Positions 28,901 to 37,676 of a DNA stretch of 64,000 nt are shown piece by piece. Position numbers and translations under genes: made by a program. The stretch comes from Phycisphaerae bacterium. Lineage in GTDB: Bacteria; Planctomycetota; Phycisphaerae; UBA1845. The notes under the pieces are model-generated. The model made no database searches. It was not told the origin of the DNA and worked only from the letters and a program-made list of their open reading frames with translations. The number at the start of each line of letters is the position of its first letter. The first letter of the stretch is position 1. The stretch spans positions 1,888,001-1,952,000 of the forward strand of contig CAXXGO010000001.1 in the NCBI GenBank assembly GCA_963666835.2, given 5' to 3'.

Positions 28901-30163
28901 GAGTATCGCGATCGCCTGACCGGTGCGGTTGCCGGCCTGGAACCTTCACGTCCTCTTCTACGTCTGCCGCTGAAGCAGAGGTTCACGCGTAAGTACGACA
29001 ACCCGATGGCACTGCTAGTGCCGTGGTTCGGAGATGAACCGGGCGCGGATTGGTCGCGCTATTATGTTTCTACCCCTGAAGGTGTTCGGGCTTTTGCGGC
29101 GGGGGGTGATCGGGAGATCTGGAATGCGCCGGCGGCGGTGCGGCTTGGTCCGGAACTGCTTTTTGCCTCGAAGGATGTAGCGGTGCTGGCTACCGAGTAC
29201 ACCGTGTTCGGGTTGGATCCCGCCACTGGGCAACGCCTTTGGACACAAGGGGAGTATCCGGCGCGCTTCGGCATGCCGGATACCGACTGGGAGGACGAAA
29301 GGGGGTTTCGAACGCATGTGATCGGGGCGGGGCGGCTGCTTAGTCTTCGTGAAGACGGCGCTATGATCTGTGTTGCGCTTGATACCGGCGCACAACTCTG
29401 GTCCAGGAGCCCGGATCGGGTAGCGGTGGACGGACTGCGGATCACTCGTGACTGGGCCATCTGCCAGAGCCCTCGTGAAACCGGGGCGCTGGTCAGCACG
29501 TTTGATGCAGCGACCGGGGAGCCCGGTAGCCGAATCCCGACTGCGGAGACGGGCGCGATCGATGACTTGATCTTGACACTGGACGGCCGGTTGATTGTCG
29601 TGGCGGCGCAGTCGATCTCCTCCTACGATGTCGACACCGCGTCGCGGCGGTGGCACGTGACTTTGGACGCTGCGCTCCAGGCAACGTCGCTTCATGTCGG
29701 TCTCGACGCCGTGTACTACTCTGACGACGGGCGGACCGTCTGCAAACTGAGCCTCGAAGATGGGCGGCGTTTGTGGACGTCCGAAGAGGTCGGTAGAGGC
29801 AGTGATAGCGGACTCGCCGTGTGGTGGCAGGCCGGTAAGCTCCTGGTGGGCACCAGTTCCGGGGTGGCGGCGTTGGAGGATCTGACCGGAATGTTGCTCT
29901 GGCGAGAGACCCTGCCGCGGTTCCCGCAGGTAGCGGGTCGGGCAATCACTCAAACGAATGTGGTCCTGGTGGATCTGGGCCATGAACTGCCCGGCACCGG
30001 CGCAGTTGCGTATTTCTTCGACCACCGTTCGAGCAAGGGCCGACTGTCCGCGGAGGAGGATACGCTCAATCTGGGGCCGCTGGACGATGTTCGGTCCGTG
30101 CTGATCGTAGATGACACCCTGTTGATCCAGAACGGCTCAACGGTATGCGGGTGGGCCCCGTAG
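25958..30163 (+). CDS. large exported TPR + PQQ-like beta-propeller repeat protein
   Basis: WPMFGGD..RN; repeated LDAGTGELIW / LDPATGQRLW blades; helical TPR-like segments. Confidence 0.8.
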   Translation: MDSGDWLTRSLMIRRRRLLSVISVGLLCGWGENWGSTCAAYGEEPAESARAVYLDDSFEATDALAKGRRLAQAGKWSEAAELLQRLAETQGDKLIRVSKDYYVGLRGHVNGVIAGWPEAGIAAYRVLYEHDLARALATASKSRSVDEFLGLFDRYFCAAGAADLADAIGQLAIESGDFALAERVYRRVLDTHPDSDLHADRYCGLLALTRVLRGASPADISGAEAALSIRWMGEDLPVGDVAARISTEFSGLLGRSRPDDWPMFGGDEGRNRPAPTSVDELGVLWRFAPSSGQPSGSEDVGRPQRKTRERPARYSVFPVVAEDVVYVQRGREIVALRRGTGNVIWRYHADADELGGLAGVDAYAGGWDSVTVDDGRVFASFRGDPADFYEYDGAIAPSLLTSLDAGTGELIWPKNRDAFVEQFSDVTFDSTPLVRRGRVYVVGRRRRSFGFEDCYLYRFNAADGTVVFKTHLGSASTGSFDSQHLTNAAVACGGDTIYVGTNLGAVAAVSAHSGAVRWLRTYERDLGEELRDLGFGGKRVYPWAVNPVFWAGGRLVCLPTDACAVMVLAADDGRTLHSIPVADLGDVATLLGVSGDLVCGVGLELVTCIDLAADAPRWSAHLPVGARVLGRGVWADEHLLVPTSDGLCSFRLTDGDREDLPWDSGGHPGNLLALSDQLLVAGTDTVSLYIRKAELWGGLRSRMAAAPTDPLPALELAEVALRGGETDEAVSMLKEAVQRAGGFVQPLETSLRRRFLDDLVMFVEVLSSRSTLNDDLLDELRTYASLCASDPSDQVTFRLRFGSFYEGQGRFDQAVQLYQQILRDRSLREYRVSGAVLGGDTAGAVAETRIARTIECAGPQPYAPFEAEAQRWLAAARRTGDGRRLERLVTTFPNSTVAAEALLAWADSLASSGRAEEAAAQLVRAYQRYPQRVDRPRLIRRIADTYEQAGRTDYAYLWLSKGAGDFPGVKLEDRGQRLSFAEYRDRLTGAVAGLEPSRPLLRLPLKQRFTRKYDNPMALLVPWFGDEPGADWSRYYVSTPEGVRAFAAGGDREIWNAPAAVRLGPELLFASKDVAVLATEYTVFGLDPATGQRLWTQGEYPARFGMPDTDWEDERGFRTHVIGAGRLLSLREDGAMICVALDTGAQLWSRSPDRVAVDGLRITRDWAICQSPRETGALVSTFDAATGEPGSRIPTAETGAIDDLILTLDGRLIVVAAQSISSYDVDTASRRWHVTLDAALQATSLHVGLDAVYYSDDGRTVCKLSLEDGRRLWTSEEVGRGSDSGLAVWWQAGKLLVGTSSGVAALEDLTGMLLWRETLPRFPQVAGRAITQTNVVLVDLGHELPGTGAVAYFFDHRSSKGRLSAEEDTLNLGPLDDVRSVLIVDDTLLIQNGSTVCGWAP

Positions 30164-30177
30164 CGACCGGGTTGCGG

Positions 30178-30999
30178 TCAGATCGCCGGCTGGCAACGCG
30201 GGCAGATGAACGTTGATCGTCCGGCGGCACTCAGACGCTCGATCGGTGTGCCACAGGTCTGACAGGGCGCGCCGTCGCGTTGATAAACGCGCAGGTGCTC
30301 GAGGAACATCCCCGTGCTCCCGTCCGCGCGCCGGTAGCTCATGAACGTGGTTCCCTTGAATCTGATCGCTTTTCGAAGCGTGGTCTTGATGGCCCGAAGC
30401 AACGTGCGGGCCTCATCCTGGTCGAGCATGTCGGCGCGGGTCAGCGGGTGGATTCCCGCGGCGTGCAGCGACTCATCGACGTAGATATTGCCCAGCCCGG
30501 CGATCGTGCGTTGGTCCAGCAAGAGCGCCTTGACCTGACGCGACCGGTTCAGTAGATCGGCGAAGCGTCGCGTCGTAAGCGCGAGAGGCTCGGGGCCGAG
30601 CTCACTGAGGCGCCGCCCTCGGCTCTTGCCATCGGGGGTGAAACACCAGACGCCGCCGAAGCGGCGCGGGTCGCGGAAGCGCAACTCCGCTCCCGTCTCC
30701 CGCAGCCCAAGGCGCACATGGGTGTGCTTAGGTGCGGGTTCTTCAGCCTTAGCTAAGTCCAGCCGGCCGCTCATGCCCAGATGAAAGACCAGTTCTGCGG
30801 GCGGATTCAGGTCGAGAATAATCCGCTTAGCTCGTCGCCGGATCCGCTCGATCTTGCGGCCGGGCACGATTCGGCCCAGCGGCCGGGGATCACCGTGGAT
30901 GATGTCCCGGCGGCTCACGCGAACCGCGTCGATGGTCTGTCCGGCGACCTCGCGGGCCAGCTCTCGCACTATGGTCTCGACTTCCGGTAGTTCCGGCAT
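30178..30999 (-). CDS. mutM: formamidopyrimidine-DNA glycosylase
   Basis: MPELPEVET, HLGMSG, DPRRFG, GLGNIYVDE, zinc finger CQTC..CPRCQ. Confidence 0.95.
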   Translation of the reverse strand: MPELPEVETIVRELAREVAGQTIDAVRVSRRDIIHGDPRPLGRIVPGRKIERIRRRAKRIILDLNPPAELVFHLGMSGRLDLAKAEEPAPKHTHVRLGLRETGAELRFRDPRRFGGVWCFTPDGKSRGRRLSELGPEPLALTTRRFADLLNRSRQVKALLLDQRTIAGLGNIYVDESLHAAGIHPLTRADMLDQDEARTLLRAIKTTLRKAIRFKGTTFMSYRRADGSTGMFLEHLRVYQRDGAPCQTCGTPIERLSAAGRSTFICPRCQPAI

Positions 31000-31020
31000 A
31001 TCAGCACTTCGCAACCCGAC

Positions 31021-33654
31021 TTAGACGCCGCCGCTCGTCTTCTCGAACGTGAAAACGTCACCCGAGGTGTCGACCGTAATCCGATCTCCGGCGGCGAAAT
31101 CGCCTTTCAAAATCCGCTTAGCCAGGGGATTCTCGATCTCCTGTTGAATTAGCCGTTTCAGAGGACGAGCCCCATACATCGGGTCGAACCCGTCGGTGGC
31201 CAGCCGGTCTCGCGCCGCATCCGTCAGAGTGAGCGTCATATCTCGGTCAGCCAGGCGCGCCCGCAGGTGTTTGATTTGGATCTCGGCGATCCGGCCCAGA
31301 TGGTCGCGCGTAAGCTGCTGAAAGATGATCGTATCATCGATCCGATTGAGAAACTCCGGCCGGAAGCTCTGTTTGAGGGTCTCCTTGATCTTCATCTCGA
31401 TCTCGATGTCGGCCGCCGGCGAATCCTCGCTACCACCTTCAATCATACGCTGGATATGCTCGCTGCCCAAGTTGCTGGTCATGATGATGATCGTGTTCTT
31501 GAAGTCCACCGTGCGGCCGTGTCCGTCGGTCAGCCGCCCGTCGTCGAGCACCTGCAACAGCACATTGAAAACGTCCGGATGAGCTTTCTCGATCTCATCG
31601 AACAGCACGACACAATAGGGCTTGCGATGCACCGCTTCGGTGAGTCTTCCGCCCTCCTCGAACCCGACGTATCCGGGCGGGGCGCCGATGAGCCGGGCGA
31701 CACTATGTTGCTCCATGAACTCGCTCATATCGATGCGGACGAACGCGGCTTCTTCGTCGAACAGAAACACCGCCAAGGCCTTGCAGAGTTCGGTCTTGCC
31801 TACTCCGGTGGGGCCGAGGAAGAGGAACGAACCGATGGGCCGGTCCGGGTCCCCGAGCCCGGCGCGGGAACGCCGAACCGCATCCGAGACGGCCCTAACC
31901 GCTTCGTCTTGTCCGACCACGCGCTCGTGGAGCCCTTCTTCCATTCTCATGAGTTTGTCCCGTTCACCCTCAAGCATCCGGGAGACGGGCACGCCGGTCC
32001 ACTTGCTGACGACCTCCGCGACCTCTTCGGCCGTAACTTCCTCGCGCAAGAGCCCGCCATCCCGATGGAGTTCGGCGAACTTCCGCTCGCGCGTGGCGAC
32101 GGCGTCCTCGAGTTCACGTAGATCGCCGTAGCGAATCCGTGCCGCTAGTTCGAGGTCCCCGCGTCGTTGGGCTTCCTCCAACTCGGTCATCTTGGCGGCA
32201 ATGTTCTGTTGGACTTCCTTGATAGCCTCGAGTTCGGCCTTCTCGCTCTCCCACTGGGCGGTCAGCGATCGATTCTGTTCCTGCAGTCCGGCCAGAGTCT
32301 TCTGCAGACTGGCGAGGTGCTTTCTACTGCCCTCGTCCTTCTCCTTTTTGAGTGCTTCGCGTTCTATCTCTAACTGCATGATCCGCCGGCGAAGCTCATC
32401 CAGCTCGTTGGGAAGCGAGTCGTTCTCGATACGCAATCGGGAGGCAGCTTCGTCTATGAGATCCACGGCTTTGTCCGGCAGTTTGCGCTCCGAGATATAT
32501 CGGTGGGATAGCGTGGCCGCCGCTACCAGAGCGGCATCTTGGATACGAACGCCATGGTGGGCGTCGTAACGCGGTTTGAGCCCTCGGAGGATCGCGATCG
32601 TATCTTCGACGGTGGGTTCGCCAACGTAGAGAGTCTGGAAACGACGTTCGAGCGCCTTGTCCTTTTCGACGTGTTTGCGGTACTCGTCCAGGGTCGTAGC
32701 GCCGATGCAGCGGAGTTCGCCGCGCGCCAAGGCCGGTTTCAGCAGGTTCCCGGCGTCGACGGATCCTTCGGCTTTGCCGGCGCCCACTATGGTGTGCAAC
32801 TCGTCAATGAAGAGAATCACGCCGCCGCCGGATTCGACCACCTCCCGGACCACCGCCTTGAGACGCTCCTCAAACTCGCCGCGGAACTTCGCCCCGGCGA
32901 TAAGAGCGCCCATATCCAAGGCCACCAGCCGTTTGTCTTTGAGCACGTCGGGCACATCCCCTTCGAGGATCCGTTGGGCCAGCCCTTCGACAATGGCGGT
33001 CTTGCCGACTCCGGGGTCGCCGATCAGCACCGGGTTGTTCTTGGTTCGTCGAGCCAGGACCTGCATACAGCGACGGATTTCCTCGTCACGCCCGATGACC
33101 GGATCCAGTTTGCCCTGGCGGGCCATCGCCACCAGATCCCGTCCGTAACGCTCCAACGCCTGATAGGTGTCCTCCGGACTCTGTGACGTAACTGTGGCAC
33201 TTCCTCGGAGGTCGCGCAACGCGGCGAGGATCGCGTCAAGGTTGACGCCGCTGACGGTCAGAATTTCCTTGGCATCACTCTTAACCTCAACCAGGGCGCA
33301 CAGCAGGTGCTCGGTAGAGACGTACTGGTCCTTCATGCCGTCCGCGCGCTTCAGGGCGGCTTGGAGAACCTCGTTGAATTCGGCTCCCGCCGTTAAGGTC
33401 CCTCCCGAGACCTTGGGCCGGCGGTTCAGCTCGGATTGCAGGATCGAGCGAATCTGGGCGACATTGCCCCCGGCCTTCTCCAGTAACGGAACGACGATAC
33501 TGCCGGTGCCGTTAGCGGTGCCGCTGCGGGGTGATCCCAGCAGGGCGTCAAGCAGATGCAGCGGGGATATCTCGCTGTGGCCAGCGGTGGCAGCACGCTG
33601 TTGAGCCGCCTCGATCGCCTCGGCAGCCTTGATCGTGAACTTGTCCATCATCAT
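31021..33654 (-). CDS. clpB: ATP-dependent chaperone ClpB
   Basis: [20 protein letters not shown], coiled-coil M domain, [15 protein letters not shown]. Confidence 0.96.
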   Translation of the reverse strand: MMMDKFTIKAAEAIEAAQQRAATAGHSEISPLHLLDALLGSPRSGTANGTGSIVVPLLEKAGGNVAQIRSILQSELNRRPKVSGGTLTAGAEFNEVLQAALKRADGMKDQYVSTEHLLCALVEVKSDAKEILTVSGVNLDAILAALRDLRGSATVTSQSPEDTYQALERYGRDLVAMARQGKLDPVIGRDEEIRRCMQVLARRTKNNPVLIGDPGVGKTAIVEGLAQRILEGDVPDVLKDKRLVALDMGALIAGAKFRGEFEERLKAVVREVVESGGGVILFIDELHTIVGAGKAEGSVDAGNLLKPALARGELRCIGATTLDEYRKHVEKDKALERRFQTLYVGEPTVEDTIAILRGLKPRYDAHHGVRIQDAALVAAATLSHRYISERKLPDKAVDLIDEAASRLRIENDSLPNELDELRRRIMQLEIEREALKKEKDEGSRKHLASLQKTLAGLQEQNRSLTAQWESEKAELEAIKEVQQNIAAKMTELEEAQRRGDLELAARIRYGDLRELEDAVATRERKFAELHRDGGLLREEVTAEEVAEVVSKWTGVPVSRMLEGERDKLMRMEEGLHERVVGQDEAVRAVSDAVRRSRAGLGDPDRPIGSFLFLGPTGVGKTELCKALAVFLFDEEAAFVRIDMSEFMEQHSVARLIGAPPGYVGFEEGGRLTEAVHRKPYCVVLFDEIEKAHPDVFNVLLQVLDDGRLTDGHGRTVDFKNTIIIMTSNLGSEHIQRMIEGGSEDSPAADIEIEMKIKETLKQSFRPEFLNRIDDTIIFQQLTRDHLGRIAEIQIKHLRARLADRDMTLTLTDAARDRLATDGFDPMYGARPLKRLIQQEIENPLAKRILKGDFAAGDRITVDTSGDVFTFEKTSGGV

Positions 33655-33711
33655 CGAAACGGTCTCCTCTCCGGCGGTGATTGGTCGAGTGTTCCGCCGA
33701 ATAGCATGTTC

Positions 33712-33727
33712 TGCAGGACTCGTGCCA
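33712..33727 (-). promoter_or_regulatory. sigma54 (-24/-12) promoter candidate of clpB
   Basis: TGGCACGAGTCCTGCA, exact GG-N10-GC spacing. Confidence 0.65.
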
Positions 33728-34058
33728 CGAGGTGGTGGAACTTAAGTGCTTTTGTGGCAATTGGTTACGGTGTCTTGTCTTTAAGAGGACGCCCCTGCCC
33801 GACTGCCACTGCCGTTTTGACACGGCAGCCTGAGGTGTCCGCTTGACCGTGGTGCGGTTGGATTCGCCGCGTAACGGTGCAGGAAGCGGCGGTCTGGGCG
33901 TAGGGCAGGGGCGGTTGGGGTCTGATACCGTGAAAAAGGGGCCAAGCGGGCTCATGCTTTGCGCCCATCTTGGCGACTCGGATTCGACCAGCTATGGTGG
34001 CGAGCCCAAGAGGTTTGTGGTGTACCGATTCCCGCCGGAAAAGGGACTGATTACGGTA

Positions 34059-35795
34059 ATGAACTCGAAAGAAGGCGACGCCGCGGAGCGATGTGCGGAG
34101 CAGTTGACCCCGTTTCTGAAAGCTGCGGGGAGCAAACGGCGGCGATCATCGTCGAAGGACGATGATGCCCGGGAGGAGGCGATCGCGCTGCTGCGCGGTT
34201 TGGACGACGACACTCTAATCAGCACTCTGCGGAGAATCAGCCGGAGTCGCGCATCGGAGCCGGGGGGGGGGGCGAGTGAGGGCGTCCCTCCGGCCCGAGG
34301 CTCGGTGTTGTTGTGGTTGATAACGGCCGCGATGACCGGGGCGATCATCATGGGGTTAGAGCTGGTGGCTTTTCGGCTGTACGCTCCGTATTTCGGGTAC
34401 TCGGTCTACGTGTGGGGCACGATGATCTCGGTGGTCATGATCGCCCTTTCTCTGGGGTATGCCTTCGGTGGCTGGCTGGCGGACCGGAGTCAGACGGATC
34501 GGCCGCTATATACCGTAATACTCGCAACGGCGTTCTATCAGCTCGTCATCGTCTGCACGGTGCGCGCGCTGTTGTCTGACCTGACCGAGACCGGAGAGGT
34601 TGTCGGGACGACCCTTGCCACCTTGATTGTGTTTGTGCCGCCGATGGCGGGCCTGGCAATCACCGGGCCTTTTGTGATTCGCCTGCTGACGCGCGCCGGG
34701 CACGCCGGGGTTACGGCCGGACGGGTCTACGCTCTTTCCACCGTCGGCAGTATCGCCGGGATATTGCTTACGAGCTTCGTAATGGTCCCGGCTCTGGGAA
34801 CACAGGCAACTCTGCAGATTCTCTGCGCCCTTTCGGCCATCGTTGGGGTCGTTGGATTGGCTCGGATCAAGCGTTGGGCGATAGTCGGCGCCGCCCCGGC
34901 AGTGCTGGTGTTTCTCACCCCGCCAGTGGCGTGGGGTGTGGGGACGATTTGGGTGTGCGACTCGGCCTACAACCTGGTTCGTGTCGTCCAAGAGGGGACG
35001 CACAAGAGACTGATTCTCAACAGCGAGGGGTCCGTCGCCACGCGGCGAGAAGAGTCCACCGGGTGGACCGGCGGGTACTACGACGACTTCGCTCTCGGAC
35101 CGCTGTTGGTGCCGGGCAAAAGGGCGTTGGTGTTGGGAATGGGAGCGGGCGGCTCGGTCACCTCCACCCGGAAGGTGGATACCGAGATCGAATTTGACGC
35201 GGTGGAGATCGACCCGAAGGTCGTCGAGGCGGCCATCGTACATTTCGGGGTAGACCCGAATGACGACAAGCTGCATGTCTTCGTGGCCGATGCGCGGCCT
35301 TGGCTGGCGAAGAACACGTCCCAATATGATCTGGTTCATGTCGACCTCTATCAGGGAGGTCCATATATCCCGTTTTATCTTGTCACCGAGGAGTTCTTTC
35401 GGGTAGTACGGGCGCACATGTCCGAAGACGGCGCGATTCTAATGAACGTCTTGGACGTCAGCCCCCAATTGGAATTGTTGAACGCCACGGGAGCGACTCT
35501 CCGCCGAGTGTTCCCTTCGGTGATCGTGTTGTCTCGGGGGCGTGGCAATCACATGGTGTTTGCGTTCACCGGCGAGCGTTCCGCTGCGGAGGTCCGTGAG
35601 CTTCTGGCGGGTGTCGCGGATGATTCCGATGTGGGAGAGTTCGTGCGGGCCGCCATACCGGGAATGGCCGATCTGGACCCTCCGCCGGAAACACCGATCT
35701 TCACGGACGACTTTACGCCGATCGAGAGCATGACCCGGCGGATGTTGGCCGACTTCTCCCTCCGGACGAAGAGGCAAGCCGGCTACGGGGGCTGA
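34059..35795 (+). CDS. fused membrane domain / spermidine synthase-like methyltransferase
   Basis: MGLEL..APYFGYS..W, GGWLADR, AGRVYALSTVGSIAG; LVLGMGAG, VEIDP, DARPWL, VDLY, FTDDFTPIE. Start uncertain. Confidence 0.85.
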   Translation: MNSKEGDAAERCAEQLTPFLKAAGSKRRRSSSKDDDAREEAIALLRGLDDDTLISTLRRISRSRASEPGGGASEGVPPARGSVLLWLITAAMTGAIIMGLELVAFRLYAPYFGYSVYVWGTMISVVMIALSLGYAFGGWLADRSQTDRPLYTVILATAFYQLVIVCTVRALLSDLTETGEVVGTTLATLIVFVPPMAGLAITGPFVIRLLTRAGHAGVTAGRVYALSTVGSIAGILLTSFVMVPALGTQATLQILCALSAIVGVVGLARIKRWAIVGAAPAVLVFLTPPVAWGVGTIWVCDSAYNLVRVVQEGTHKRLILNSEGSVATRREESTGWTGGYYDDFALGPLLVPGKRALVLGMGAGGSVTSTRKVDTEIEFDAVEIDPKVVEAAIVHFGVDPNDDKLHVFVADARPWLAKNTSQYDLVHVDLYQGGPYIPFYLVTEEFFRVVRAHMSEDGAILMNVLDVSPQLELLNATGATLRRVFPSVIVLSRGRGNHMVFAFTGERSAAEVRELLAGVADDSDVGEFVRAAIPGMADLDPPPETPIFTDDFTPIESMTRRMLADFSLRTKRQAGYGG

Positions 35796-35999
35796 TTGTT
35801 ACCCGGGGTTTCCCTCGCCTACCCGCTACGGACGCAAGAACGACCGTTTTGTCCTCAGCCCGATCGCGCCGACCTTCATTGGGTGGTCAGAGCACCCGAA
35901 AAACAGGTATTGAATGCCAACGAGGAGCCGCTGGGGCGGGTCCGATGGGCCGCTCTGCGCGGAGTGCGTTGGCGATACAGACTGTGAGGGTGCCCGAAC

Positions 36000-36431
36000 G
36001 TGTGTATCGCTGTGGGCGAGAGGATCCTGAACGAGCTGGCACGACGGTTTCCGCTTGCGGCGACCACTTGCGAATCTCGCGGGGTGGATAGACGCCTGTC
36101 TCTTCGCTTCGAACTGCAATCGGGCTCCGTTAATAGCCTCATGACCTTTGCCGACGGTTCGGAGCTTACGGGGACGTTGGTCGACTTCTCCGTCCATGGC
36201 GCGACGATTGTGGCGGATCGCCTTCCGGAGATTGGGCAAGCGGTTCACCTGCGGCTTCTTGTCGGAGATGAGGAGCGCGTGGATGCGGTCGGGCAAGTTC
36301 GGAATCAAGGACCCAGCGGCCAGGGCTGCCGCTTCGGTGTGCGGTTCGTCGATGTGGAGGATGAGCAGCACCCGGGCGAACCTCGACCCGCCCGAGTTCC
36401 CGAGCCTTCAATAGGCCGTGGAGTGGAGTAA
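36000..36431 (+). CDS. PilZ domain protein
   Basis: RxxxR (DRRLSLRF), DFSVHG, GQVR, FGVRF. GTG follows GAGGG. Confidence 0.75.
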   Translation: MCIAVGERILNELARRFPLAATTCESRGVDRRLSLRFELQSGSVNSLMTFADGSELTGTLVDFSVHGATIVADRLPEIGQAVHLRLLVGDEERVDAVGQVRNQGPSGQGCRFGVRFVDVEDEQHPGEPRPARVPEPSIGRGVE

Positions 36432-36434
36432 TCG

Positions 36435-37517
36435 ATGGCCGGCCGGAAAGTACGCACGCTTGTCGTAGACGACAGTAGCCTCATCCGGACTATTCTCAAA
36501 ACATCACTCTCGCAACATCCCGAGATAGAGGTTGTGGGGGCTGCGGAGGATGGCGTGCAGGCGCTGAAGAAGATCGCCGCTCTCAAACCGGATGTCGTTA
36601 CTCTTGACGTAGAGATGCCGAGACTGAACGGTATCGGCGTGCTGGAACGCGTTGTCGGCCGGGCTCCGGTTGCTTTCGTGATGGTCTCTACTCTGACCCA
36701 GGCGGGGGCTCGGATTACGTTCGAAGCCCTCAGCAAGGGGGCGTTTGACTATGTAGCCAAGCCCAAAACCGGCGGGTTCGCTGGAGTGCCGGCGTTTAGA
36801 CAGCGTCTTCAGCAGCTTGTCCTAGCTGCGGCGAGTAGCAGAGGGAAGAGACGCCCGGTTGCGGCGGCGGCCCGCCCGGCGGGGACTGCTGCGCCTGCGT
36901 TGCCTCCCAATTTGGAGCGTGGATGGGTGGTGGGCATCGGAATAAGCTGCGGAGGACCGCCGACTTTGACCGAGATGCTGCCCAGCTTCCCCAGCGATTT
37001 CGTCCCGATCCTCATCACACAGCACATGCCGGCCCAGTTCACCGCGTCCTTTGCGAAACATCTCGACGACGTGTGCAGCATGGATGTGCGAGAGGCCGTC
37101 CAGGGTGACCGGCCTGCGCCCGGTACGATCCTGGTTGCTCCCGGCGGACACCACATGAAGCTCGTGCGGCAGGGGGCCAGTCTTGTGGTGCGGCTGGATT
37201 CCGGCGGGAAGGTCTCAGGGCATCGTCCGTCGGCTGACGTGATGTTTGACTCGATCGCCCGGAGTTGCGGTCCGCGGGCGGTCGGTGTCATCATGACCGG
37301 GATGGGGGGGGATGGCGCGATCGGGCTGGGCCGGATGAGGAATGCCGGAGCGTGGACTATCGCTCAGGACGAGGCAACGAGTCTCGTGTATGGAATGCCG
37401 AAAGAGGCCGTAAAGGCGGAGGCCGTGGATCACATCGTGCCGTTGCCCAAAATACCTCTGGCAGTATCCAGACTTCTTCAGCGGGGCGTTCGCCGGGCGC
37501 CAGCGACCTCCCGGTAG
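36435..37517 (+). CDS. cheB: chemotaxis response regulator protein-glutamate methylesterase
   Basis: Receiver VDDS, LDVEMP; esterase GISCGGP, QHMP, HRPSAD, MTGMGGDG, VYGMP. Confidence 0.93.
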   Translation: MAGRKVRTLVVDDSSLIRTILKTSLSQHPEIEVVGAAEDGVQALKKIAALKPDVVTLDVEMPRLNGIGVLERVVGRAPVAFVMVSTLTQAGARITFEALSKGAFDYVAKPKTGGFAGVPAFRQRLQQLVLAAASSRGKRRPVAAAARPAGTAAPALPPNLERGWVVGIGISCGGPPTLTEMLPSFPSDFVPILITQHMPAQFTASFAKHLDDVCSMDVREAVQGDRPAPGTILVAPGGHHMKLVRQGASLVVRLDSGGKVSGHRPSADVMFDSIARSCGPRAVGVIMTGMGGDGAIGLGRMRNAGAWTIAQDEATSLVYGMPKEAVKAEAVDHIVPLPKIPLAVSRLLQRGVRRAPATSR

Positions 37518-37676
37518 CCTCGCCCGGAGACTCACTCCCGTTGAGGGGATTACGCGTCTCCTCCCGTTGACTCTCATTATGTCGTTCGGTAGCGTGCAAA
37601 CTTGGCAAGTACCCGGTTTCGCATCACGAGAGGGGCGTCCCCTGAATGATGCGGCGAAGCGCGCAGCTCGACGCCT

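Noticed and set aside
35796..36431. Second possible Sec read-through: the TGA at 35985-35987 is in frame with the PilZ ORF (L-U-GCPNVC)
   Set aside because: The upstream peptide is not protein-like, there is no convincing SECIS hairpin, the TGA overlaps the GAGGG RBS of the GTG at 36000, and PilZ needs no Sec.
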